From NCBI GenBank assembly GCA_029265455.1, contig JAJUJF010000001.1, forward strand, positions 32,040-96,039: a DNA stretch of 64,000 nucleotides, in the 5' to 3' direction. Below the pieces are notes generated by a model. It saw only the letters and a program-made list of their open reading frames with translations, was not told where the DNA came from and did no database searches. Positions 1 to 12,653 of the stretch are shown in pieces; the stretch's first letter is position 1; every line of letters starts with the position of its first letter. Position numbers and translations under genes: made by a program. Source of the stretch: Paracoccaceae bacterium. Lineage in GTDB: Bacteria; Pseudomonadota; Alphaproteobacteria; Rhodobacterales; Rhodobacteraceae.

Positions 1-542
1 GCCTCGGCCTGGCGCGCGATGGCGCGGATCATCGTCTCGTTGATGTCGACATGCTTGATCTCGACATTGGCGACCTTGATCCCCCAGGCGTCGGTCTGTC
101 GGTCGAGGATGCTCTGGATGTCGGTATTGAGCTTGTCGCGCTCGCTCAGCATGTCGTCGAGATCGTGCTTGCCCAGCACCGAACGCAGCGTCGTCTGGCT
201 GAGTTCGCTCGTCGCCTGCAGGAAGTTCTCGACCTGGATCGTCGCCTTCTCCGGCTCGATCACCCGGAAGTAGATGACCGCGCTCACCCGCACCGAGACG
301 TTGTCGCGCGAGATCACGTCCTGGCTCGGCACGTCGAGCACGATCACGCGCAGATCCACCCGCACCATCTGCTGGACGAGCGGGATGACGAAGATCAGTC
401 CCGGCCCCTTCACGCCCGTGAACCGCCCCAGCGTGAAGATCACACCCCGTTCGTATTCGCGCAGGATGCGGAATGCCGACCCGACGAACGCGAACAGGAG
501 AGCGGCCAGCACCGCGAAGAACATGAGGCTGTCGAGTGCCAT
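1..542 (-). CDS. SPFH/band 7 (slipin/stomatin-like) membrane protein, truncated by the window edge
   Basis: Not in the ORF track. Manual translation from ATG 542 (RBS GGAGG): [41 protein letters not shown]...[17 protein letters not shown], classic SPFH; directly downstream of nfeD. Confidence 0.93.
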   Translation of the reverse strand, partial: MALDSLMFFAVLAALLFAFVGSAFRILREYERGVIFTLGRFTGVKGPGLIFVIPLVQQMVRVDLRVIVLDVPSQDVISRDNVSVRVSAVIYFRVIEPEKATIQVENFLQATSELSQTTLRSVLGKHDLDDMLSERDKLNTDIQSILDRQTDAWGIKVANVEIKHVDINETMIRAIARQAE

Positions 543-562
543 CGGAACCCCTCCGCAGTCTC

Positions 563-1996
563 CTATTCCAACTGCCGGGCCGCCGGGCCGGTTCCGCGGG
601 CCGCCTCGCCCCGTTCCCTCCGTGCGATCCTCAGCACCAGTCCCTCGACACCCACCACCTCGGCCTCGTCACCCGCCACGAACGGCTCCTCCCCCGTCGC
701 CTGCCAGCGCTCGCCATGGACCTGCACCGCGCCGCGACCCTCCTGCCATTCGAGCACGATCGCCCGCGAGCCGATCATCTGCTCGCGCCCCGTCGTGACC
801 GGCTGCCGCCGCGAGCCCACCGCCATCCGCGCGACGAGGAGCGCGAAGGCGAGACTCGCGACGCCGAGGGCCGCGATCACCGGCCAGGAAAGCGCGAGGC
901 CCGGCATGTCGGTGTCGACGAGCAGTGTCGCCCCGAGCGTGATCGCCACCGCCCCCCCGATGCCGAGCACCCCGAACGAGGGGGTGAAGGCTTCCGCGAC
1001 GATCAGCGCCACCCCGAGCAGCATCAGTCCCGCCCCCGCAAACGTCACCGGCAGCACCGAAAGCGCGTAGAACCCGGTCAGCAGGCTGATCGCGCCGATC
1101 ACGCCGGGGAAGATCGCGCCCGGATTGATGAACTCGAAGATGATCCCGTAGATGCCGACCATCATCAGGATCAGCGCGACATTGGGATCGGTCAGCACCG
1201 AGAGCAGCCGCGTCTTCAGCCCCGGCGGCCGCTCCTCGACCTCAAGCCCGGCCGTCGCCAGCGTGACCGTCCTGCCGCCCGCCTCGACCTCCCTCCCGTC
1301 CGCGCCTTCGAGCAGCGCCTCCATGTTCGCCGCGACGAAGTCGATCGCGCCGATCTCCGCCGCTTCCATGGCGCCGAGACTCTCGGCCCGCCGCACCGCG
1401 CGTTCGGCCCAGTCGGCATTCCGCCCCCGGAGCGTCGCCAGTCCGCGGATATAGGCAACGGCGTCGTTGATCGCCTTGGCCTCGCTCGCGGTGCCGGGGG
1501 CGAGGTCCTCGCCGTCCCCGCCATCCTCCTCCTCCGCCCCTCCGAACGGCGATCCGCCACCGCCGAGCTGTACCGGCGTCGCCGCGCCGATATTCGTCCC
1601 CGGCGCCATCGCCGCGACATGAGAGGCATAGAGGATATAGGTCCCGGCACTCGCCGCCCGCGCGCCCCCCGGCGCCACCCAGCCCGCGACCGGCACCGGC
1701 GAGGCGAGGATCGCCCGTACGATCTCGCGCATCGAGGTGTCGAGCCCGCCCGGCGTGTCCATCCGGATGACGACGAGCCACGCCCCCTCCGCGCCTGCCT
1801 CCGCGATCCCGCGCACGAGATAGTCCGCGCTCGCCGGCGTCACCGCGCCTTCGAGCGTCAGCACCACCGCGCGGCCGGAAGCCGCCGGTTCCGTCTGCCC
1901 CGCGCCCGGTCCGACCGCCCCCGCGAGCACGAGAAGCGTGATCACGAGAAGCCGCAGGCCCGGCACCGCCCGTCGAAGAAGCCTCATGTCCGGCAT
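563..1996 (-). CDS. nfeD: NfeD family protein, long form with ClpP-like protease domain
   Basis: DTPGGL...AASAGTYI motifs, multi-TM segment, C-terminal OB-like VHGERWQA; paired with SPFH gene. Start 1996 or 1987. Confidence 0.9.
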   Translation of the reverse strand: MPDMRLLRRAVPGLRLLVITLLVLAGAVGPGAGQTEPAASGRAVVLTLEGAVTPASADYLVRGIAEAGAEGAWLVVIRMDTPGGLDTSMREIVRAILASPVPVAGWVAPGGARAASAGTYILYASHVAAMAPGTNIGAATPVQLGGGGSPFGGAEEEDGGDGEDLAPGTASEAKAINDAVAYIRGLATLRGRNADWAERAVRRAESLGAMEAAEIGAIDFVAANMEALLEGADGREVEAGGRTVTLATAGLEVEERPPGLKTRLLSVLTDPNVALILMMVGIYGIIFEFINPGAIFPGVIGAISLLTGFYALSVLPVTFAGAGLMLLGVALIVAEAFTPSFGVLGIGGAVAITLGATLLVDTDMPGLALSWPVIAALGVASLAFALLVARMAVGSRRQPVTTGREQMIGSRAIVLEWQEGRGAVQVHGERWQATGEEPFVAGDEAEVVGVEGLVLRIARRERGEAARGTGPAARQLE

Positions 1997-2093
1997 ATAG
2001 CGCGGCCCGTCCGGATGGTAAGGCGCGCCTCCCGCGGGCGGAGCCCGCCCCGCATGAGCGCGAGGCAACCCGGCTCCGCATCCGCCGGCGAAC

Positions 2094-2993
2094 TCAGGGC
2101 TCGCGGAGGATGCCCTGCGGAAGGTCTCGCCCAGCGAGGTAACGGCTCATCCAGTCCACGGCCTCGGCGATGCCGCCGAAGGGATAGAGGTGAAAGAGGA
2201 CCGTCCCGAGGCTGCCGCCGGCGATCTCGGGAACAAGACGGTCAAGAAACCGCTCCGGCCCCACGCGCTGCAGGAGGTTGACGAGGGAGAAGCCGTACCG
2301 GCGCACGACCCTCGCCGACGAGGCCGCGCCGAACTGGCGGGCAAATCTCAGAAGCCTGCCGGCATCCGCCGGGCCGGGAACGCCGATCCTCACCGGGCAT
2401 CCGATTCCCGCGCTGCGCAACTCCCGGATCCAGCGCAGGACGGCCTCCGCGTCGAAGCCGAACTGCGTGGTGATCTCCACCGAACAGCCCTCCGCCTCGA
2501 GGAAGGCAATTTTCCACTTCAGCGATTTCCAGAGCGTCTCGCTGTCGATCTTCGGATGGCCTTCGGGATAACCTGCGATGCCGACATGGCGGATGGCATG
2601 ACGCCGCAGGACGCCGCTCTCGAGCAGCACGAGCGAATCCGTGAAGGGTCCCGCCGGCTTCGCCGGATCGCCTCCCACGAAAAGGAAGCGCGAGGGCGCC
2701 GCCCCCCTGATCAGCGCGCCGAGCAGATCGTCGAGATCCTCTTCCGACCGCAGCCGGCGCGAGGAAATGATCGGCACCGGCTCGAAGCCGCAGGCCCGGA
2801 TCACCCGCGCGGCATTGATGCGCTGTTCGTGGTTCTCGTTGCCGAGGAACGCGATGTTGATCGGCGTTCCTTGCGGAATCACGTGGCGCGCGGCCTCAAG
2901 CTGGGCGATGTCCTTGCCGGTGACCTCGAGCGAATAGCCTCGCTGACGCTCCGGCGCGGCTGCCGTTCGGGAAGAATCCTCGCGATCCTGCAT
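2094..2993 (-). CDS. metF: Methylenetetrahydrofolate reductase family protein (short MetF-like)
   Basis: GGD, GIAGYPEGHP, ITTQFGFD and VRIGVPGPA motifs. Confidence 0.82.
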   Translation of the reverse strand: MQDREDSSRTAAAPERQRGYSLEVTGKDIAQLEAARHVIPQGTPINIAFLGNENHEQRINAARVIRACGFEPVPIISSRRLRSEEDLDDLLGALIRGAAPSRFLFVGGDPAKPAGPFTDSLVLLESGVLRRHAIRHVGIAGYPEGHPKIDSETLWKSLKWKIAFLEAEGCSVEITTQFGFDAEAVLRWIRELRSAGIGCPVRIGVPGPADAGRLLRFARQFGAASSARVVRRYGFSLVNLLQRVGPERFLDRLVPEIAGGSLGTVLFHLYPFGGIAEAVDWMSRYLAGRDLPQGILREP

Positions 2994-3165
2994 CGTCAGC
3001 CCCGCCCGATCAGCCGGCGGAGAAGTCGGCGCGCGACCCGCCATGACCCGTCCGGCAGGGCCGCGCCGGAACCTCCGCCGTTCCCGTGCCCGGCTGGAAC
3101 ATTGCCGGAAGCATACGCGGCGCGGCCGCCCCGTGATCCTGCATCGGCCATTCCGCCCCGGCCGC

Positions 3166-3237
3166 CGTTAACCCTTGGGTAGCTTCCTGTTTCTTTTTGA
3201 AATCAAGCACTTGATTGGGTTTTCACGCGTGGGCGCC
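3166..3237. repeat. 72-bp dispersed element, copy 1, with IHF-consensus core
   Basis: Ungapped 52/72 identity to 32624..32695, including exact 21-bp GGGTTTTCACGCGTGGGCGCC and 11-bp AAATCAAGCAC. Confidence 0.85.
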
Positions 3238-3249
3238 TGCTGCCCACGC

Positions 3250-4269
3250 TCAGGCGGCGGCCGGATAGAAGGCCTCGTAGAGCGGCTCGAGGGTGCGGCT
3301 GTCGAAGAGCGAGCTCACGCTCGTTCCGTTCGAGATGTTGAGGATCGCCTGGGCGAACAGCGGCGCGAGCGGCACGATCCGGATGTTCTTCGCCTTCCTC
3401 ACCGCCTCGGTCGGCTCGATCGAATCGGTGATGACGAGGCTCTTCATGATTGATTTCTCGATCCGCTCGACCGCGGGCCCGGAGAGGACGCCATGGGTGA
3501 TATAGGCATGCACCTCCTTCGCGCCCTGGTTCTTCAGAAGCTCCGCCGCCTTCACGAGCGTCCCGGCCGTGTCGCAGATGTCGTCGACGATGATGCAGAC
3601 CCGGTCCTTCACGTCGCCGATCACCGTCATCGACGCCACCTCGCCCGGGGCGGCGCGACGCTTGTCGACGATGGCGAGATCGGCGTCGATCCGCTCCGCC
3701 AGTTCCCGCGCCCGCGCGACCCCGCCCACGTCGGGCGAGACCACCGTCACCGCCGACCGGTCGCGGAAGACATGCATGATGTCGAGGGCAAAGACCGGCG
3801 CCGCATAGAGGTTGTCGACCGGGATGTCGAAGAACCCCTGGATCTGCGCGGCATGAAGATCGAGGGTCAGCACCCGCTCGATCCCCGCCTCGACGATCAG
3901 GTTGGCGACGAGCTTCGCGGAGATCGGGGTGCGCGCCTTCGCCCGCCGGTCCTGGCGCGCATAGCCGAAATACGGCATGACCGCCGTAATCCGCCCCGCC
4001 GACGAACGTCGGAGCGCGTCCGTGACGATCAGCAGCTCCATCAGGTTGTCGTTTGCGGGATTGGAGGTCGACTGGACGATGAACATGTCCTCGCCGCGGA
4101 CATTCTCGTAGACCTCGACGAAGATTTCCTGGTCGTTGAACCGCTCGACCCGCGTGTTGACGAGGCCGACTGATTCGCCGCGATGGATGGAGATGCGGCG
4201 CGCGATCGCTGCGGCGAGCGTCTTGTTGGAGTTGCCCGCAATCAGCTTCGGCCGGAGAAGGGGATTCAT
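3250..4269 (-). CDS. prs: Ribose-phosphate pyrophosphokinase
   Basis: [32 protein letters not shown]; start ATG 4269 after RBS GAGG. Confidence 0.97.
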   Translation of the reverse strand: MNPLLRPKLIAGNSNKTLAAAIARRISIHRGESVGLVNTRVERFNDQEIFVEVYENVRGEDMFIVQSTSNPANDNLMELLIVTDALRRSSAGRITAVMPYFGYARQDRRAKARTPISAKLVANLIVEAGIERVLTLDLHAAQIQGFFDIPVDNLYAAPVFALDIMHVFRDRSAVTVVSPDVGGVARARELAERIDADLAIVDKRRAAPGEVASMTVIGDVKDRVCIIVDDICDTAGTLVKAAELLKNQGAKEVHAYITHGVLSGPAVERIEKSIMKSLVITDSIEPTEAVRKAKNIRIVPLAPLFAQAILNISNGTSVSSLFDSRTLEPLYEAFYPAAA

Positions 4270-4443
4270 GATGCCTCGGGAGCAGAAGTGGCCAGTCACG
4301 CGGTTCCCCTACCACCGCCGCCCGGACTTGCAAAGATCCGCAATCGGTCCATGCTCGCCACGGTGAACTTGCCGGGGAGGGGCCATGCCAGCCACCGATC
4401 CTTGCCACGCCTCGCTCACGCCCCGCCACCCTGCCGGGAAGCG

Positions 4444-4743
4444 ATGACCCCGTGGCGCGAAACCGGGGACGGGGTCGAACTCACCGTCCGCCTCACGCCC
4501 CGCGGCGGCCGTTCGGCGATCGACGGCGTCGGCGAGGCCGGGGGCCGCGCGGTGCTGCGGGTCCGGGTCGCCGCGCCTCCCGTCGATGGCGCAGCCAACG
4601 AGGCGCTGATAAGGACGCTCGCGGATGCGCTCGACCTGCCCCGCTCCGCGATCCGCATCGTCGCCGGCACCAGGGGGCGCATCAAGACCCTCCATCTCGA
4701 GGGCGACGACCTGCCCGCACGTCTTGCAGCCCTCACCGGCTGA
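4444..4743 (+). CDS. DUF167/YggU family protein
   Basis: VRLTPRGGR...VRVAAPPVDGAANEALI...GTRGRIKTL. Confidence 0.88.
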   Translation: MTPWRETGDGVELTVRLTPRGGRSAIDGVGEAGGRAVLRVRVAAPPVDGAANEALIRTLADALDLPRSAIRIVAGTRGRIKTLHLEGDDLPARLAALTG

Positions 4744-4750
4744 TCGCGCC

Positions 4751-5215
4751 CTACAGTTCCTCGTCGATAAGGTGATCCTCGAGCTCCTCCTCGGCGACCT
4801 CGTATTCGGGCACCATCGCGCCGCGCAGGGAGATGCCGGCGCGATGCACGCTCTCCGGATCGCCGGTGAGAAGCGGATGCCAATCCGGCAGCGGCATGCC
4901 CTTCGCCCGCAGGCGGTAGGCACAGGTCGAAGGCAGCCAGTGGAGCGATTCCCGCACCTTCTTCGGCGTCAGCATGACGCAGGCCGGCACCAGGGCCTTG
5001 CGATTCGCATAATTGCCGCAGCGGCAGGTTTCGGTGTCGAGCAACCGGCAGGCGACCGAGGTAAGATGCACCTCGCCGGTATCCTCATCCTCGAGCTTGA
5101 TGAGGCAGCACTTGCCGCATCCGTCGCAGAGCGCCTCCCATTCGGCCGGTCGCAACCGGTCGAGGGGCAGTTTCCAGAATTCCGGCCGCAATCCGCCGCG
5201 GGAAGCCATCCTCAT
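4751..5215 (-). CDS. YcgN family cysteine-cluster protein (UPF0260)
   Basis: [14 protein letters not shown]...WLPSTCAYR. Confidence 0.92.
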   Translation of the reverse strand: MRMASRGGLRPEFWKLPLDRLRPAEWEALCDGCGKCCLIKLEDEDTGEVHLTSVACRLLDTETCRCGNYANRKALVPACVMLTPKKVRESLHWLPSTCAYRLRAKGMPLPDWHPLLTGDPESVHRAGISLRGAMVPEYEVAEEELEDHLIDEEL

Positions 5216-5291
5216 CCTTTCCGCTGCGGTCGAACCGCCGCATGCCACGCATTTAAGCGCCGCGCCTTCACTGACAAGACGACCGGCCCGC

Positions 5292-6236
5292 TCAGAGCCC
5301 CGCCAGCTCCAGCCGCTCGCGCGCCTCTGCCACATCGCGGTGCATCTGCGCGACCAGGGCATCCACGGATTCGAACTTCAGCTCCGGCCGCAGATAGGCA
5401 ACAAGCGCCACCGACACGGCCGTCCCGTAGAGGTCCCCCGAGAAATCGAGCAGATGCACCTCGAGATTGGGCGCATGGACCCCGAAGGTCGGCCGCTCCC
5501 CGATCGAGGCGGCGCCGCGCCAGCGTCCCCGCCACTGCCCTTCGAGCACGTCCACGCTGACCGCGTAGATACCGAGCCGCGGCAGATGGAGCCCCTCGAG
5601 CGACAGGTTGGCCGTCGGGAAACCCATGTCGCGGCCGCGCTTGTCGCCATGCTCGACCCGTCCCTCGATCCGGTGCCAATGCCCGAGCATCCGCGCCGCC
5701 CGTTCCGGCCGGCCTTCGCTGAGTGCCGCGCGGATCGCCGAGGAAGACACGTCTGTTCCCGCTTCGGAAACGAGGGGCGCCAGCGTCACTCCGAACCCGT
5801 AATGCGCCCCGAGCGCGCGAAGCAGGATGCCATCTCCCTGCCGGCCCTTGCCGAAGCGGAAATCCTCCCCGGCGACGACGTGCCGGACCGCGAGACCCTC
5901 CACCAGTACTTCTTCGACAAAGGTCTCCGCCGTCATCGAGGCAAGATCCGCGTTGAACGGGATCTCGTAGAGATGCTCGACCCCGAGCTTGTCCAGCCGG
6001 TGTGCCCGCGCTTCGGCATTCATCAGCCGGAACGGCGGACCGTCCGGATTGAAGAAGCTGCGCGGATGCGGCTCGAAGGTGACCACCCCCAGGGGAGCGT
6101 CCCGCTCCGCGGCCGCTGCCCGCGCTATCGCGATGACCGACTGATGGCCCAGATGCACACCGTCGAAATTGCCGATTGCCACTGCGGCGCCCCGTTCGGC
6201 CGCTGCAAGGCCACGATAGCCATGATGGCGGTGCAT
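5292..6236 (-). CDS. ribF: Bifunctional riboflavin kinase/FAD synthetase
   Basis: [38 protein letters not shown]. Confidence 0.97.
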   Translation of the reverse strand: MHRHHGYRGLAAAERGAAVAIGNFDGVHLGHQSVIAIARAAAAERDAPLGVVTFEPHPRSFFNPDGPPFRLMNAEARAHRLDKLGVEHLYEIPFNADLASMTAETFVEEVLVEGLAVRHVVAGEDFRFGKGRQGDGILLRALGAHYGFGVTLAPLVSEAGTDVSSSAIRAALSEGRPERAARMLGHWHRIEGRVEHGDKRGRDMGFPTANLSLEGLHLPRLGIYAVSVDVLEGQWRGRWRGAASIGERPTFGVHAPNLEVHLLDFSGDLYGTAVSVALVAYLRPELKFESVDALVAQMHRDVAEARERLELAGL

Positions 6237-6348
6237 GATTTCCCTCCGGCGCCCGCAGCCGCTACGGAACGCCGCGCCGGCATTCCACGCTCCGGCACCT
6301 ATGGCGCAGGTGCCGGGCACGTGCAAGCAGTGGGGCCACCGGCCGGGA

Positions 6349-6816
6349 TCAAGCCGCCGGGATCAGGTCGGCACGGCGGGGCGCGAGCACGATCGCCTCG
6401 CCGCGGAGCACGTCGGAACCACCGACGGAGCAGGCGCAGTCGAGGGTGACCCGCCGCTTCTCCATGTCGATCGCGATGACGGTGACGCGCGCCTCGACGA
6501 GGTCCCCCGGCCGGACCGGTCCGAAGAACTTCAGATCCTGCTTCAGGTAGATCGCGCCATGCCCGGGCAGCTGCTCGCCGATGACGGCGGAGATCAGCGA
6601 GCCGGTCAGCAAGCCGTGGGCTATCCGCCCGCCGAATATTGTCTTCCGCGCATACTCCTCATCGAGATGCACCGGATTATGGTCACTCGAAATCTCGGCA
6701 AAGAGCGCGATCATCCGCTCGGATACCACCTTCTGCAGCGACCGCGTCATCCCGACCTCGAGGTCCTCGAGCGGGATCGAGCCCGCTGTCTGCGATGATT
6801 CGCGCACGTCGAACAT
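6349..6816 (-). CDS. MaoC family dehydratase (R-specific enoyl-CoA hydratase, PhaJ-like)
   Basis: SSDHNPVHLD...RIAHGLL hydratase-2 motif. Confidence 0.9.
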   Translation of the reverse strand: MFDVRESSQTAGSIPLEDLEVGMTRSLQKVVSERMIALFAEISSDHNPVHLDEEYARKTIFGGRIAHGLLTGSLISAVIGEQLPGHGAIYLKQDLKFFGPVRPGDLVEARVTVIAIDMEKRRVTLDCACSVGGSDVLRGEAIVLAPRRADLIPAA

Positions 6817-7086
6817 GGCATCCTCCGGCATGTCTTCTGGAGGAGAGATAGCGTGCCCCGAAGAACCGCGCAACAATCTTGCGCAATTTTATGTCTACGA
6901 CCTCCGTCGTAGGCATCAGAATATTACGTCATGGTTTACGGAGCCGGGGTGACGCGATCCTGCCGTTCCGCAACGGCTGCCTGCCAAGCCCGCCTGCCGT
7001 GCACCGCAAGAATGCGCTTCAGGCGTGTCGGAACTCATGAAAAGTCCGCCCGAATTCCGCCTTCCCGGCGCGGCAGCCACCGCGAT

Positions 7087-7962
7087 TCAGCGCAGGTAGG
7101 GAATCACTGCGCTCGGCGTGAGCCGCGCCTTCTTCAGGAAGGTGTCGAGGAGATTCGCATCCGGCCCGGCGTCGCCGCTCGTTCCCGTCTCCGCTGCCGC
7201 CAGGCCGCCAGTCACGAAAACGGAATCCAGGTCCTCGCCAATCGCGCCGGCGATATCGGTGTGGATCCCGTCGCCGACCACCAGGATCGCGCGCGGACCT
7301 CCATCGTATCCCGCCGCCTCGAGCCAGCGCCGCGCCAGCGCATAGATCGGCGCATGCGGCTTGCCGAAATAGAAGCTCTCGCCGCCGGCTTCCGTATAGG
7401 CCTGGGCAATGGCGCCGGCGCAGTAGATGCGCTTGTCGCCGACGTCCACCACGATGTCGGGGTTGGCGCAGAGCAGCTTCAGTCCCTTGTTGACGCCGTA
7501 GAGGATGGTCGCGCGGTAGTCCTCGGGCGTCTCGGTGCGGTCATCGAAGAGCCCGGTGCAGACGATCGCCTCCGCCTCCTCGAGCGCCACCCGCTCGACC
7601 GGCACCGGGCTGCCGTCCTCCCGCTCGAAGAAGACGAGATCGCGCTCGGGACCCAGATGATAGACCTTGCTCCCGAACATGCCGCGCACCAGCGCGTCCT
7701 GCGCCGCGTCTCCCGACGAGATCACCGTGTCATAGACCTCCCGCGGCACGCCGAGCCCGTCGAGCTGACGGACGACGCTTGCCCGTGGCCGGGGGGAGTT
7801 CGTCAACAGGATGACCGCGCCCCCCCTGGCCTTGAACCGCGCCAGTGCGTCCACCGCCTCCGGAAAAGCCCGCACCCCGTCGTGTAGACAACCCCAGAGG
7901 TCGCAGTAGAGCGCCTCGTACTCGCCCGCGATCTCGTCCAACCGCTCGATGATCCGCACCAT
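7087..7962 (-). CDS. HAD-superfamily subfamily IIA hydrolase (TIGR01459 type)
   Basis: CDLWGCLHDG, LLTNSPR, CANPD, FGKP, VGDGIHTDI. Confidence 0.92.
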   Translation of the reverse strand: MVRIIERLDEIAGEYEALYCDLWGCLHDGVRAFPEAVDALARFKARGGAVILLTNSPRPRASVVRQLDGLGVPREVYDTVISSGDAAQDALVRGMFGSKVYHLGPERDLVFFEREDGSPVPVERVALEEAEAIVCTGLFDDRTETPEDYRATILYGVNKGLKLLCANPDIVVDVGDKRIYCAGAIAQAYTEAGGESFYFGKPHAPIYALARRWLEAAGYDGGPRAILVVGDGIHTDIAGAIGEDLDSVFVTGGLAAAETGTSGDAGPDANLLDTFLKKARLTPSAVIPYLR

Positions 7963-8146
7963 GAACCTCCGCCGCAAAGGCTCTTGCCATAGCCGTTCAC
8001 CCGCGGAGTGGGAAGGCCGGCTCCCGGCTGCCGGGCCTGTCGCCATCTGCGGACCGTTCCTGCGGGCAGCCTCCGCTTCGGCTGGCGCCCCGAGCCGCCT
8101 CTCCGGGTTGACATCGCCGGGCCTTCCCCCTTAATTCCGCTGTGAG

Positions 8147-8173
8147 TTAGCACTCACCCTTGGTAAGTGCTAA
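8147..8173 (+). promoter_or_regulatory. CIRCE element (HrcA operator)
   Basis: TTAGCACTC-N9-AAGTGCTAA, one mismatch to consensus, upstream of groES; TTGAC...CCCCTTAA promoter-like sequence at about 8108-8134. Confidence 0.93.
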
Positions 8174-8241
8174 CAAGGGGGGAGGGGCGCCGCTCGGGCC
8201 TGCCCCTTTTGTACAGGAAAGCAAGTGAGGAGCTGTTCCCC

Positions 8242-8556
8242 ATGAACTTCAAACCGCTGCACGACCGTGTCCTCGTTCGCCGCATCGAGACCGACGAGAA
8301 GACCAAGGGTGGCCTGATCATCCCGGATACCGCCAAGGAGAAGCCCTCCGAGGGCGAGGTCATCGCCGTGGGCGAAGGGGCGCGCAAGGATTCGGGCGAG
8401 CTGATTGCTCCCGCTGTCAAGGCCGGCGACCGCATCCTGTTCGGCAAGTGGTCGGGCACGGAGGTCAAGATCGACGGCGAAGATTACCTGATCATGAAGG
8501 AAAGCGACATCCTCGGAATCATCGAGGGCGGCAGCTCGGCACGCGCCGCGGCCTGA
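8242..8556 (+). CDS. groES: Co-chaperonin GroES
   Basis: [12 protein letters not shown]...[13 protein letters not shown]. Confidence 0.98.
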   Translation: MNFKPLHDRVLVRRIETDEKTKGGLIIPDTAKEKPSEGEVIAVGEGARKDSGELIAPAVKAGDRILFGKWSGTEVKIDGEDYLIMKESDILGIIEGGSSARAAA

Positions 8557-8595
8557 GTTCCCCGTTCCGGACGTCGCAACCCGAAAGAAGAATAG

Positions 8596-10251
<1,656 letters not shown>

Positions 10252-10307
10252 TCGGACCCGAGGTCCGGCCATCATCAGGGAGGCGGTCTCCGCCTCCCGA
10301 CAGTTCG

Positions 10308-10336
10308 CGGCCTGCGGAAGCTCCGCAGGCCGTTTT
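10308..10336 (+). terminator. Intrinsic terminator after groEL
   Basis: 11-bp stem CGGCCTGCGGA/TCCGCAGGCCG followed by TTTT. Confidence 0.75.
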
Positions 10337-10438
10337 GCCTGTTGCGTCGGGAATCCTTCCCGCCCGGGTCGTTCCGGCCCGCACAGGACAGGTTCCCAGC
10401 GTGAAGATCAGACCGTCAGACGCCTCGCACCTGCCCGT

Positions 10439-10576
10439 TCAGCCGAGGCGACGGGCGTCAGGACGATGATCCTCGATCCGGACCCGTCTCGGCGCGGGAC
10501 GGGCTGCGGCCCGAGCGGACAGAAGGCTGGCGCCAAGGACGGCCAGCACGACAAGAAGAAGCGTCAGCAGGTTCAT
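10439..10576 (-). CDS. 45-aa small membrane or secreted protein, not in ORF track
   Basis: MNLLTLLLVVLAVLGASLLSARAAARPAPRRVRIEDHRPDARRLG*; RBS GGGGAG; exact GGAAC-N17-CGTT promoter upstream. Confidence 0.7.
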   Translation of the reverse strand: MNLLTLLLVVLAVLGASLLSARAAARPAPRRVRIEDHRPDARRLG

Positions 10577-10632
10577 GATCGGCACTCCCCCGTCTTCGGC
10601 GCCATCATCCGGCGCAAGGGCTATGCATGGTG

Positions 10633-10658
10633 AACGCGCCTCGAGAGGAGTTCGTTCC
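10633..10658 (-). promoter_or_regulatory. EcfG/sigmaT/RpoE2-type general stress promoter
   Basis: Minus strand GGAAC-gaactcctctcgaggcg-CGTT (N17), oriented toward the 45-aa ORF. Confidence 0.7.
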
Positions 10659-10681
10659 GCGTGGCGATCATCAGGCGGGTT

Positions 10682-11749
10682 TCAACCGCCGGCCAGGGGC
10701 ATGATCCGTGTCACATGACCCATCTTGCGCCCCGGTCGTGCCTGCGCCTTGCCATAGAGATGCAGGGCTGCACCCTCGATCGCCGCGGCCTCGAACACCT
10801 CGTCGCCGATCAGGTTGGTCATCACCGCATCCGAATGCCGTCGACCGTCACCCAGCCTCCAGCCGCAGACCGCCCGCACATGCTGCTCGAACTGGTCGAT
10901 CAGGCAGCCGTCAATGGTCCAGTGGCCGGAATTGTGCACTCGCGGCGCGATCTCGTTGACCACGAGGCCCTGGTCGGTCACGAACATCTCGACTCCGATC
11001 ACGCCGACGTAATCGAGCGCGCCGAGGATGCGTCCTGCAATCAGCACCGCATCCTGCGCAAGCCGCGCAGGGATCCGCGCCGGCACGGTCGTCGTATGCA
11101 GGATACCGTCGCGGTGGACGTTCTCGCCCGGGTCGAAGGCGGCGACCTCGCCGTCGAGGCCGCGCGCGGCGATCACCGAGATCTCACGTTCGAAATCGAC
11201 GAAACCTTCCGCAATTGCCGGCGCGCCTTCAAGCGCAGCGAGCGCCGGCGCTGCCTCGGCCATGGAGGTGAACCGCGCCTGGCCCTTGCCGTCATAGCCG
11301 AAGCGCCGGGTCTTCAGGATCCCGCGCTCTCCCGTCACCACAAGGGCCGGGGCGAGGTCCTCATCCCCGTCCACCCGCGCATAGGGGGCGGTGGCAAGGC
11401 CGAGACCGCCGAGGAATTCCTTCTCCGCCAGCCGATCCTGCGCCACCTCCAGGGCCCTGCGGCCCGGCCGCACGGGCGCCGCCGCCGCGACCACGTCGAC
11501 GGCTTCGACCGGGACATTCTCCCATTCGTAGGTGACGACGTCGCAGGCGGCCGCGAACCGCGCCAGGGCTTCCCGGTCGTCGAACCGCGCCCGCGTCCAG
11601 TCGCGCGCCACCTCGGCGGCGCAAGCGTCGCCGGGCTCGTAGACATGGACATGAAGGCCCAGGCGGGCCGCCGCCATTGCCAGCATCCTGCCGAGCTGTC
11701 CGCCACCGAGTATGCCGAGGGTCGATCCGGGTGCGAGCATCTCAGTCAT
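10682..11749 (-). CDS. purK: 5-(carboxyamino)imidazole ribonucleotide synthase
   Basis: [36 protein letters not shown]; start overlaps purE stop. Confidence 0.96.
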   Translation of the reverse strand: MTEMLAPGSTLGILGGGQLGRMLAMAAARLGLHVHVYEPGDACAAEVARDWTRARFDDREALARFAAACDVVTYEWENVPVEAVDVVAAAAPVRPGRRALEVAQDRLAEKEFLGGLGLATAPYARVDGDEDLAPALVVTGERGILKTRRFGYDGKGQARFTSMAEAAPALAALEGAPAIAEGFVDFEREISVIAARGLDGEVAAFDPGENVHRDGILHTTTVPARIPARLAQDAVLIAGRILGALDYVGVIGVEMFVTDQGLVVNEIAPRVHNSGHWTIDGCLIDQFEQHVRAVCGWRLGDGRRHSDAVMTNLIGDEVFEAAAIEGAALHLYGKAQARPGRKMGHVTRIMPLAGG

Positions 11750-12230
11750 CCTCAGGCACCTCCGCCACCGCTTCGGTCTGCGCTGCGCGCCACGCATCCA
11801 GGCGTGACGCGAGCGCGGGATCATCGACCGCAAGCATCGCCGCCGCGAAAAGCGCGGCATTGGCCGCACCGGCCGCACCGATGGCAAAGGTCGCGACCGG
11901 CACCCCCTTCGGCATCTGGACGATCGAGAGAAGGCTGTCGAGACCGGAAAGCGCCCGGCTCTCGACCGGCACCCCGAGCACCGGCACCCGGGTCTTTGCC
12001 GCGAGCATTCCCGGCAGATGCGCGGCGCCGCCCGCACCGGCGATGATCGCGGCAAGGCCACGCCCGGCCGCCGCCTCGGCATAGGCAAACATCCGGTCCG
12101 GGGTACGGTGCGCGGAGACGATCCGCACTTCATGCGCCACCCCGAGGGCATCGAGGATCGTGGCGGCCGACTTCATCGTCGCCCAGTCGGACTGGCTCCC
12201 CATCACGATGCCGACCCGCGGCTCAGCCAT
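11742..12230 (-). CDS. purE: N5-CAIR mutase
   Basis: [39 protein letters not shown]. Confidence 0.97.
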   Translation of the reverse strand: MAEPRVGIVMGSQSDWATMKSAATILDALGVAHEVRIVSAHRTPDRMFAYAEAAAGRGLAAIIAGAGGAAHLPGMLAAKTRVPVLGVPVESRALSGLDSLLSIVQMPKGVPVATFAIGAAGAANAALFAAAMLAVDDPALASRLDAWRAAQTEAVAEVPEDD

Positions 12231-12311
12231 GCCGATCCCCGGCGTGACCATGCCCCGATGCCGTGCAGGGTGGACTCCCGCGATGCATGTCGCCTGCCCG
12301 GCCGCTCCCGC

Positions 12312-12530
12312 TCACGCGATGATGTCCGGTGTCAGCTCGTCCTCGAGCCGGACGATCTCGTCCTTGAGGACGAGCTTGCGCTTCTTCAGCCGCCGTATCG
12401 TCAGCGCGTCGCCCCGGCCCTCGCGGTCCAGTGCCGCGATCGCCGCATCGAGATCGCGATGCTCGCGCCGGAGCAGGTCAAGCTTCACCCGCAGCACCTC
12501 CTCATGGCTCATTGTCGGCGGTTCGGTCAT
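12312..12530 (-). CDS. DUF465/YdcH family coiled-coil protein
   Basis: LRREHRDLDAAI...IRRLKKRKLVLKDEI; usual neighbour of purE. Confidence 0.85.
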   Translation of the reverse strand: MTEPPTMSHEEVLRVKLDLLRREHRDLDAAIAALDREGRGDALTIRRLKKRKLVLKDEIVRLEDELTPDIIA

Positions 12531-12618
12531 GGCAGTCGGCAGTCCTCTGGAAGGCGCTTGCCGCTCTATACCGCTCGGTGGCGCCGTCGCAAAGCCCTGC
12601 CGCAGATCCTTCTGCCAC

Positions 12619-12647
12619 CTTGCGTATCTGCCTGAGGCATCCCATCT
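12619..12647 (+). promoter_or_regulatory. RpoH (sigma32)-type promoter of ibpA
   Basis: CTTG-N18-CCCATCT about 70 nt upstream of the sHSP start. Confidence 0.6.
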
Positions 12648-12653
12648 TTCCTC

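Noticed and set aside
2994-3165. SAM-II or SAM-SAH riboswitch upstream of metF
   Set aside because: No conserved core sequence recognisable by eye; only an Infernal scan could settle it
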